Positions 34,701 to 41,351 of a stretch of DNA of 41,351 nt are shown in pieces; the first letter of the stretch is position 1, and every line of letters begins with the position of its first letter. The translations under genes and the position numbers were made by a program. The notes under the pieces were generated by a model. That model did no database searches and was not told where the DNA came from. It saw nothing but the letters and a program-made list of their open reading frames with translations. This DNA is from a virus (lineage: Duplodnaviria > Caudoviricetes): IMG/VR virus record IMGVR_UViG_3300020402_000161, positions 1-41,351 of that record; one strand, written 5' to 3'.

Positions 34701-35197
34701 TGAGAACCGTAAGCCTTATCTAAAACATAATTAAATTTTATTTCTTCTTCTTTTCTTTGTTTTAAAAGATATGCTTCAAGATTAGATACTCGCTCATCAA
34801 ATTTAAGATGACCATCAACGCCGTACTTTTCGTTGGCTTCTTCAGGTTCAATAAATTTTATTTCTTCTTCGTTAAAACCTGGGTAATTTCTTTCTAGATC
34901 TTCAGAAGTAAAAGGCAGTTTAGCAGCACCATATCTAGCTGAACCATGTCTAGCTATTTTTCTTTTACCATGCTGAGCAACTACATTGTCGTAATCTCGA
35001 CGTTGTTCATAACTAGATTCTGTGTAAGTCCTAATATTATTTATCTCTAACATACGATCGATAGAGTTACCACCAGTAAATCTACTACCACGTATTTGCG
35101 CCATATCAGTAACAGAGTCACCATGCGCAGAAAGCATGTCAAGACCCATTACGTCATTTACAGCACTATTGTTAGTTTGATTAAATGTTAACTTCAT
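31712..35197 (-). CDS. Internal virion protein carrying kinase-like and ADP-ribosyltransferase domains
   Basis: 1161 aa. Hydrophobic Gly-rich N-terminal region. Kinase-like motifs GTQKGGFY, YVK, NE, DMYLGNWD, RIDPGG. ART motifs YT...Y..IN.YLR, VYRG, FTSTS, ESEIILP. Confidence 0.82.
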   Translation of the reverse strand: MKLTFNQTNNSAVNDVMGLDMLSAHGDSVTDMAQIRGSRFTGGNSIDRMLEINNIRTYTESSYEQRRDYDNVVAQHGKRKIARHGSARYGAAKLPFTSEDLERNYPGFNEEEIKFIEPEEANEKYGVDGHLKFDERVSNLEAYLLKQRKEEEIKFNYVLDKAYGSQFWKGMGIEMGMALLDPVTLPLMFIPPLGGAKVLSALGIQGAKSFAGRSAGRLVTGGMAGFYGSVAVEPLIYSAAQQEQAQYGAVQSFFNIAFGTLAGGGLHMKFGALADGVRHIKARRHLAAFDTAVKQSAEGKNVEVTPIAHGSDEPTFTTPKNNIEGNSGKPGDQPNQPRQNVTKGDSTQPHQPGTTKEYAPHKNGDESLALIRQGEKGIKLSSVKLKRAMATKEYEEAVATAKAKSLEQKLAFRIKTKNGDFVVVRQKQGESLRLFDSDSMAGAPGETAVIGEKMHRSLLMHGVDMAAADLNYTGSVKLQDGTIHHVMSIEGVDFNPKMNQNNVVVAPGYEVAKMFQGDPAISLFSSNIKGGKNAILDEYSKFDEGDFLNDVEGQKPYFDEQILNDNLQQTGTQAGTQKGGFYKDMATGDEFYVKYPENVELAKNEFIAATLYREFGVPFPLTRLVGDAQGNIVGVASKIIPGAKMITPDDFVKLPAGVREQFAGHALVDMYLGNWDVVGNAPNFNMMQMPDGTLLRIDPGGALLFRAQGQPKKLSDAIDEMTTFLDKNKNPNAAKVFGSIDPATLQKLHQQSAARIFSVSTSEIANVIDVVGMPAKYKKELMTALGNRRTALAEKFARVEQTTTTKKGFIASNSFAAAQKALDKMAEQGDVKLTAAQKAIIKDYTQSSYGWINSYLRGQANDAAILQYSKYVPTEQKTKAGYTDAAGSVAQAKQAIDAHLKDLSDAINKTKLTKQMRVYRGGVPKDVFNGIKGLSLVDGSDIHTANAMIGGEVQLDGFTSTSLYRNKAFNFGSYPTETRVRINLPKGMPVLYAGKGKHFSFGTAESEIILPHGLTYVVKKATKSPQKGVIIELDALPPGEKLVKKINATEQIKIAEKYKVQPSNAVNDVDMADPDLQLGDQQNIKAELTPNKPKEQAAADGELEEIAELIKAEFANADPKYIKSLTKEIEDFNAKADQDIADAKDLYEATKAAAVCVRGAS

Positions 35198-37710
35198 TAG
35201 AACTTATCATTTCCTTTATATTCTTTACCTAGTATATGAGCTACAGAATTATCGCCCATGTAAATACTATCTTTAGTAAATTTATTTAAAGCACTAAATG
35301 GTATACTAAATGGTACACGCTTATCGCCTTGCTGTATTACTACAGGAATATTGAACCCGCTCCCAGATGAACTAGCATCCGCCCCATACAATGCTGGATA
35401 AACCAGCATCACACCGTCCCCCGAATCGTTCATCACAAACCTACCATGCTGCACTAAGTAATTAGCAAAGTAATTAGTTGTCATTTCGCTATCTGCGTTG
35501 ACAATGGCTGATGTTGAACCCGGGATATACAAACCTTCATTTTGTAAAAATGCTACCATATTCTCTTTATTCTCAGTTAAAGCATATAGGTTATTCGAAA
35601 CTACCGCTGCATTTATAGCATTACCATTAGTATCTTTAGCACCAAGTGGTACATAAAAAGCAAACTCATCTTTTTCGTAGGTAAATTGAAGTTGAGAAGT
35701 TGCTAACATATTACCCACAGCAGACACTGATTCTGAAACTGATTTCTGATTTTGGCTCATATCCATCAGTACAGCATTAACAACCATGTTAATAGCGTCA
35801 TTTTCAAAACCTTCTCTGCCAAACACGCCACCAGTTATTGCTTGTAAAAATTCTTTTATATTACCATTAGTTGCTATAGCATCTGTAATCATCTTTTTAG
35901 AGGTCATCGGCGAAACTTTATTTTTAACAATTTCTATTAAGTCATCAGTATCTGCTAGTGCTGCACTACCAAAAACCATTGCTTCGTTTGAACCATGAAA
36001 TAGACCCATAAGTTGCCATTTAGATCCTAAGCCATTATTCATAGTGGTAAGCTGATGCCAAGCAAGATCAAATAATTCTTTGCCTTCTATATCTAGTGTT
36101 TCAGGCTTATCGCCAAATTTTTGTGCTAGGTTTCCCATCCAAGCAGATGCTTGTTCTCCATTTTTTATTCCCTTAGCAGATGCTACAATCTTTGCTGCCT
36201 CATCATTAGTAAACATTGGGACAATACTTAGACCAACCTCTTCTCCGTATGCCTTAATGGCTGCATATTTTTCAGGACCTTCTGGCATTACCTGAATAGC
36301 ATCGATAGTATTAGCAAACGAGACAAAGTCACTACTTCTTGTTGACAGGTCATTTGCCATAGCAGTAGCAGCAGTATTTAAACCATTTACCATTTCTTCT
36401 AAAGTTAAGCCTTCTACTAAACCTTTTTTCTCTGGGAACAGGTCTGTAAATCTTTTTGTAATCTGAGCTTTGCTCGCTTTAGGTGCGTCAGCAATAGCGT
36501 TAATCATAGCTATAACTTCTTCATTGCTTGCTTTATGAGCATAATTAACATATTCTTTAGTAATTAAACCTACCCTAACTTCACTAGTCATTGTATCAAC
36601 TAGTTGATCTGCTTTTACTTTTAGGTCAGGAAATATTTTAAACATCACTTCTATTTCTTTATCTGTATCTCCGTAAAGACCATAGACAGATGCTTTTATA
36701 TTGTCATAGGTAGTTAATTCAGGGTGGTCCGCTTCTTGACCAGCTGCAAACTTGACTAAGTTAGTACCATGCCCTTCACTTAGGACTTTTATTTTTTTAT
36801 TGTTATCAATAATAATATTTTGTTTAGCATAATTTTTTAAAGTATCTATTTCTCCGCTTGTTAAATAACCTAACTTACCAGAAAATACTCCAGCATCTTT
36901 ACCTTGTATATCTCCATTAAGTATCATCCATGTTCTCAATGGTTCTTTAACTGCATTACCCCTAAAGGCTTCTACAATTAATTCTTTCTTCTGTGCCTTA
37001 GCTACACCTAGTAAAGCCTTACCACTAATTCTATTACCATAACCTTCTATGTCTTTAGTTTTAGGATCATCTTTTCCTACTACTAAAATATCAACTTTGT
37101 TCATCATGGTTTCTAAATTACCAGGATTGTCAAAGACATTGCTTTTCTGACTAGTAAAAGTATTTTCTAGCATTTCAGCATAAGCAGCAGATCTTAAATC
37201 AGCTTCATGCCTCATTGCCTGCATTGTATACTTTGATTTTATACGGGCTTTTTCCATCTCCCACAAGTCAGCTGTAGCTTCATTAGGAGCTTTATATCGT
37301 TGTGATTTTGTTCCGTCTTTATTATCTGTTTCTTTATTCACTATGCCTTCAAACTTTGACATGGTTTGATTTGTATAAGTGTCTTTATTAGTACCATTAA
37401 CAAATGACTCGTTACTAATATAATCTCCTGGAACTTGATTTAGCTTTAATTCTTCTGACGCTTGAGTCATTTCCATTTCTAAATCAGTTGATGCAGACAC
37501 AAGCCACATTTTGTTTTTCTTTTCTTGATCTCGTTTTTCGTCCTCAAATACTAGTTCGCCTGCTTTTACTAATGCTTGTCCGCCTCTTGATAATGCTCTA
37601 CCAGCATCACCAGCTGCATAAACTTCTCTAGGACTAAGAGGAGTCATACGACGAGTAGGTAATGAAACTTCGCCGCCTTGCTCACTATATTTTGGTATAC
37701 GTATTCCCAT
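35197..37710 (-). CDS. Internal virion (ejection) protein
   Basis: 837 aa, helical, starts MGIRIPKY. Assigned by position in the core-protein block. Confidence 0.65.
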   Translation of the reverse strand: MGIRIPKYSEQGGEVSLPTRRMTPLSPREVYAAGDAGRALSRGGQALVKAGELVFEDEKRDQEKKNKMWLVSASTDLEMEMTQASEELKLNQVPGDYISNESFVNGTNKDTYTNQTMSKFEGIVNKETDNKDGTKSQRYKAPNEATADLWEMEKARIKSKYTMQAMRHEADLRSAAYAEMLENTFTSQKSNVFDNPGNLETMMNKVDILVVGKDDPKTKDIEGYGNRISGKALLGVAKAQKKELIVEAFRGNAVKEPLRTWMILNGDIQGKDAGVFSGKLGYLTSGEIDTLKNYAKQNIIIDNNKKIKVLSEGHGTNLVKFAAGQEADHPELTTYDNIKASVYGLYGDTDKEIEVMFKIFPDLKVKADQLVDTMTSEVRVGLITKEYVNYAHKASNEEVIAMINAIADAPKASKAQITKRFTDLFPEKKGLVEGLTLEEMVNGLNTAATAMANDLSTRSSDFVSFANTIDAIQVMPEGPEKYAAIKAYGEEVGLSIVPMFTNDEAAKIVASAKGIKNGEQASAWMGNLAQKFGDKPETLDIEGKELFDLAWHQLTTMNNGLGSKWQLMGLFHGSNEAMVFGSAALADTDDLIEIVKNKVSPMTSKKMITDAIATNGNIKEFLQAITGGVFGREGFENDAINMVVNAVLMDMSQNQKSVSESVSAVGNMLATSQLQFTYEKDEFAFYVPLGAKDTNGNAINAAVVSNNLYALTENKENMVAFLQNEGLYIPGSTSAIVNADSEMTTNYFANYLVQHGRFVMNDSGDGVMLVYPALYGADASSSGSGFNIPVVIQQGDKRVPFSIPFSALNKFTKDSIYMGDNSVAHILGKEYKGNDKF

Positions 37711-38189
37711 TAAGACATTCCTAACGCCTGGCCTTGTTTATATTTGTACCCAGCGGAACCAGCACCACTAAGCAGTGTTGATGCTGCACCAAACTTACCG
37801 GCCATAGCTGCAGCTTTACCTTGCATACGCTCACTAGCAGCTTTTGCTCTTTGATTAACAGCTTCTACATCACCACCGTACAAAATTGCCATTCTATCCA
37901 TTTCACCATCCATCATGGTGTTTCTTAACATATCTAAAGCAGTACCTGTATTTGATACAATACCTGATGCACCATAGCCAACCCGTTGTTTGGCAAGCAT
38001 AGCACGAGTTCTTTTCTTCTGACGTTCTGCTTCATACGCAGCTTGATCTCTTGCAATCTGAGCATTTTGCTCGGCAATCTTAGCATTATATTCATGGGCT
38101 CGTTGTTGCGCCTTACCTGCCTGATACTGACCATAGGCAGAAACCGCCGTACCGACTACCATCAATGCAATTGCTACTCCAGTTCCCAT
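37710..38189 (-). CDS. Small internal virion protein (T7 gp14-like)
   Basis: 159 aa. Hydrophobic N-terminus, Ala/Gln-rich coiled coil, YGASG motif. Confidence 0.75.
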   Translation of the reverse strand: MGTGVAIALMVVGTAVSAYGQYQAGKAQQRAHEYNAKIAEQNAQIARDQAAYEAERQKKRTRAMLAKQRVGYGASGIVSNTGTALDMLRNTMMDGEMDRMAILYGGDVEAVNQRAKAASERMQGKAAAMAGKFGAASTLLSGAGSAGYKYKQGQALGMS

Positions 38190-38603
38190 CTAATACACCT
38201 TTGCGTAACGATAATGATCTTGACCATCAGGGCCAAAACATCTCATTATTCCTTCATTAACATAACCTTGAAACTCAAGCCATCGCTGCCAAGCGCAATG
38301 CCTAACAGGCACGGTAGTTTGTGCACGCCTAGGTTTAAAGTTATCTACAAGAAATTTTTCTTGCTGCTTAAATATCTTTATACACTGCAATTTACGGTTT
38401 TTAAACTTTTCTTTATCAGTAAATAAAAATGTTTCATAATTACCTGGCCAAAGAGGTACTGCACCAAAGATAGCGTAGTAATGTCCATCTTCATATAATG
38501 TAAAAGCTACAGCCTGATGTTCCCAGTTTATACCATCTCTGAATATAGGATATTCTGGTTTTATAAATTCTAAATGCCAATTTTCAAAAGGTACTACAAT
38601 CAT
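38190..38603 (-). CDS. GNAT-fold protein in the T7 gp13-like position
   Basis: RWLEFQGYVNEGIMRCFGPDGQDHYRYA. Start moved to ATG 38603 (ATGA overlap). Confidence 0.7.
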   Translation of the reverse strand: MIVVPFENWHLEFIKPEYPIFRDGINWEHQAVAFTLYEDGHYYAIFGAVPLWPGNYETFLFTDKEKFKNRKLQCIKIFKQQEKFLVDNFKPRRAQTTVPVRHCAWQRWLEFQGYVNEGIMRCFGPDGQDHYRYAKVY

Positions 38604-40642
38604 CGTTCTGACACCACCAAAGAATACATTAGAGCTAGTATGGTACAAGGTAATGGATCTTCATGTTGAAGGTATATATCCATAGCTCTATTAGGAGTCA
38701 TCTCTAAGAGCAACCTTTTGTCACCAGTAAATAATTGTAGCGAACCCATAGGAACAGATGGTGTTCTAAAAAATATAGTTTGTAAATCTGTTTGATTAAC
38801 TCCTGCTTTTAAATTATACGTATCAACTACACGTACCGTAATTCTTTCAACACGTCTTGTTTTACCTTGTGAAGGACCTGTTTCTGTTTGTACTTCAGGA
38901 TCTAGTGTTCTTATAAATGCTGTATAGGCTAAACCAACTGCTGCTGAGGTAGCAGTTCTGTCTAATGATATTGATCCGCTTGATACAACTTTATCTGGGT
39001 GGTTAGCACCATTAACAAGTACTTTAACCGTTTCACCTTCTAAATGATCTAATCCAGATAACGACGAAACACCTGTGCCTGAGTAAGATAAACCACAATC
39101 TACAAAAAATGCATCTGCTGGTACCATACCTTTTGCTTGATCAAATGCTTCCTCTAAAAACTCAACATATTGCCTAGTACTACCATTGATAGTACGTTCA
39201 ACAACCATATATAGCTGTTCCTGTAATTCATCAAATGACGGTATAGCTGCAATAGATTTAACCTTAACATTAGTACCACCAATGACATGTCTATGCCAAG
39301 CAACAACATCTTGTTCTCTTTCGTAAGTTAGACACCTTAGTTCACCTGTTTCTAATAATGCCCAAACTAAACTATCAGGAGATCTAGTATAAGCTAGCTC
39401 TATTAAATTACCTGTTGTAACGTGTTCAGCTATTAGTGTAAGATCAGGCGTGGTAAAACCGTCTGCTTCTAAGTTATAAGCTAGTTCTCTTAATTTAGTT
39501 CTTGTTCTATCAATATATAATGTAGCTTTACCAGCACCGATAGGTTTCTTTTGTGCTACACCATCAGATGTTTCTCTGTTTACCGTCACGTTGGTTGGTG
39601 TAAGTGCTAAGTTATCAGACCCAGACGACATTATAAATGGACCATCAGAAGTACCTAGTTGTAATGCTTTACCTGAATACATCCAACGTATAGCATTCAC
39701 TTGGTCTGTGGCTAATGTAAGATCTAGACCTGAATCATCTAATACTTCAGCATCTCTATTTGTAGGACTAAATGTTTCAAAGTTACCAGACTCTGACGCC
39801 CACACCGTATTAGGTTGCTTAGTATTGTTTGCAAAGAATAATCTATCTTGATAGAATGTAGCAGTTCTAGGCCAACCTGTGGTATCAGACCAAATGCCTA
39901 GTCTCCAATTATCACTAGCACTAGTATTGCCAAAATTAAAATCAGTATACGTAGTGGCTGCCACTTGAGTCGTTGACGTGACTGAATCAATTTTCGCTGA
40001 TCCCCACTTACCATTGCTAAGTATTCTAATACAACGCCCCACATCAGTTGATAAAAACCCTTGACCATCGTTTATACCTGAAACACTGCTTGCTGTAATA
40101 GTTAACGAGCCAGATGTAGCACTGGGTGTAAACGTTGTTGATGTTGTATTTATTGGTCCCCATGGTCCGTCAATTGCGTTAAGCGTTGTGAAAGACCATT
40201 GCGTATGTCCTGTACGCGAGAGTTTACGTGTTTGGTAATCCGGGTGACAAATGTAAAGAATGTCAGCGCTCTGCGTAAAATCCAAATTTGCAAGATCGTT
40301 TTGATCGTAAGGACTAGCGACTTCATAGACTGCAGTACCTGCACTATTTTGGATTTGACCTTCGTTACGATAGAATCTAACATAATTATCTCCAAATTCT
40401 ATTATGTAGGCTTGAACCGTACTAAATACAAATGGTACCAACCTAACTTTTTTACTCGAATCTTTTACCTCCGCAATAAATCTCGTACCACTCCTCTTTG
40501 TTACACCGCCATGTGGGAACACCAAGAAGTTTTGGCATGTCTGTAAACTGGCAGTATACTTAGTCAAATCAACACGACCTAGTAGTCTCGGGCTAATTTC
40601 ACCACCAGTAAAATTTGTCTGGATGGGCGTAACTTTAGCCAT
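38600..40642 (-). CDS. Tail tubular protein B (nozzle)
   Basis: QTNFTGGEISPRLLGRVD, GGVTKRSGT, QSADILY, FYQDRL, VVAWHRH. Confidence 0.9.
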   Translation of the reverse strand: MAKVTPIQTNFTGGEISPRLLGRVDLTKYTASLQTCQNFLVFPHGGVTKRSGTRFIAEVKDSSKKVRLVPFVFSTVQAYIIEFGDNYVRFYRNEGQIQNSAGTAVYEVASPYDQNDLANLDFTQSADILYICHPDYQTRKLSRTGHTQWSFTTLNAIDGPWGPINTTSTTFTPSATSGSLTITASSVSGINDGQGFLSTDVGRCIRILSNGKWGSAKIDSVTSTTQVAATTYTDFNFGNTSASDNWRLGIWSDTTGWPRTATFYQDRLFFANNTKQPNTVWASESGNFETFSPTNRDAEVLDDSGLDLTLATDQVNAIRWMYSGKALQLGTSDGPFIMSSGSDNLALTPTNVTVNRETSDGVAQKKPIGAGKATLYIDRTRTKLRELAYNLEADGFTTPDLTLIAEHVTTGNLIELAYTRSPDSLVWALLETGELRCLTYEREQDVVAWHRHVIGGTNVKVKSIAAIPSFDELQEQLYMVVERTINGSTRQYVEFLEEAFDQAKGMVPADAFFVDCGLSYSGTGVSSLSGLDHLEGETVKVLVNGANHPDKVVSSGSISLDRTATSAAVGLAYTAFIRTLDPEVQTETGPSQGKTRRVERITVRVVDTYNLKAGVNQTDLQTIFFRTPSVPMGSLQLFTGDKRLLLEMTPNRAMDIYLQHEDPLPCTILALMYSLVVSER

Positions 40643-40646
40643 GGTG

Positions 40647-41246
40647 CTACCTCGGTGGTGTCGTTATATTTGGCCTAGATATACCTTGTCTTGAGTCTAA
40701 CCAGTAGTCAGCATCAAGCACATCTTGTTGTTGTTCCTGAGCATCTACAAACTTAGCTTCTCTTAATTTAAGTTCATACATTTGCCACATTTGTTCCATG
40801 GCAGAAGTACTTTGTAATAGAGGTTGTGCTAGATCCGCAGCTAATCTCGCGGTCAATGTATCAACAAGAAGAGTATCGTACTTAGTAACATCAGTTACTA
40901 AAGCCGTATATTTAATATTAAATGTGTCTTCATTAGTTAATATGAAACCCATTTCTATTTGAAAAGTTACTTGAGTAGGATTTTCAACAGATAAAAGCCT
41001 CAGATAATCTGCAGGCAACACAAACTTATTTGAGAATTCATACGCTGGCGTTGAAACATCTTTAGGTAGAGATGCTCTGTTTGTTAAACAATTCCAGGGA
41101 TGCCCTCTAAATACAGCTGCTCGTGTGTCATTAAATAATACTCTAGCAGTTGATGCTTGTTTAGTATTGTCAGATAACGATGTTATCGACTCAATACCTA
41201 ATAAAGCTAAACTCCTATTTATTATCTCAATATCACTTGCTGCCAT
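40647..41246 (-). CDS. Tail tubular protein A (adaptor)
   Basis: IINRSLALLG...ITSL, HPWNC, LPADYLRL. Confidence 0.88.
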   Translation of the reverse strand: MAASDIEIINRSLALLGIESITSLSDNTKQASTARVLFNDTRAAVFRGHPWNCLTNRASLPKDVSTPAYEFSNKFVLPADYLRLLSVENPTQVTFQIEMGFILTNEDTFNIKYTALVTDVTKYDTLLVDTLTARLAADLAQPLLQSTSAMEQMWQMYELKLREAKFVDAQEQQQDVLDADYWLDSRQGISRPNITTPPR

Positions 41247-41265
41247 ATTCTATCCTTTGTATCAT

Positions 41266-41294
41266 AAAATGGGGGAGAAATACATCTCCCCCAT
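41266..41294 (-). terminator. Intrinsic terminator after the capsid and post-capsid genes
   Basis: Minus strand ATGGGGGAGA-TGTATT-TCTCCCCCAT then TTT. Position is analogous to T7 T-phi. Confidence 0.75.
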
Positions 41295-41305
41295 AATTTA
41301 TACGT

Positions 41306-41351
41306 TTAGTCTACAACATAAGCAATGTACCCAACTAAGTCACTGCCCGCT
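41306..41351 (-). CDS. C-terminal end of the junction-spanning post-capsid gene (starts at 451)
   Basis: Reads ...AGSDLVGYIAYVVD* with TAA at 41308-41306. Confidence 0.8.
   Translation of the reverse strand, partial: AGSDLVGYIAYVVD

Noticed and set aside
41341-41351. 11-bp end repeat as a biological direct terminal repeat or att site
   Set aside because: It falls inside a coding sequence that reads through the junction, so it is best explained as a circular-assembly overlap.
1-41351. CRISPR array, integrase, RNA polymerase, tRNA, intron or intein
   Set aside because: None was seen by eye, and the polymerase, terminase and helicases have uninterrupted lengths. A covariance-model search would be needed to exclude small RNAs.

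Overview
This window looks like a complete, circularly permuted ~41.3 kb tailed phage genome of podovirus type. Bases 1-11 equal bases 41341-41351, and a 161-aa gene reads in frame across that junction. The genome has two divergent arms that start at a non-coding switch region near 7.1-7.6 kb. The minus-strand arm encodes the terminases, a GNAT, portal, scaffold, major capsid, a post-capsid protein, tail tubular A and B, four internal virion proteins, a T7 gp17-type tail fibre, an RCC1-repeat protein and a lysis cassette. The plus-strand arm has an extremely AT-rich early region, DUF932, a five-gene nucleotide cluster, family A DNA polymerase (Leu762 type), a VRR-NUC-like nuclease, a putative SSB, an AEP primase, a UvrD helicase and a SNF2 helicase. 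I saw no RNA polymerase, integrase, tRNA or CRISPR array. Two observations stand out. (1) The 1161-aa internal virion protein carries both a kinase-like domain and an R-STS-ExE ADP-ribosyltransferase domain, which suggests an injected two-enzyme host-takeover effector. (2) A candidate cytosine-modification pathway sits directly upstream of the polymerase: small-molecule SAM methyltransferase, MazG-like pyrophosphatase, NMP kinase fused to a UDG-like domain, a thymidylate synthase homologue with the dCMP-specifying Asp, and dCMP deaminase. All family calls come from motif recognition by eye; no database search was run.
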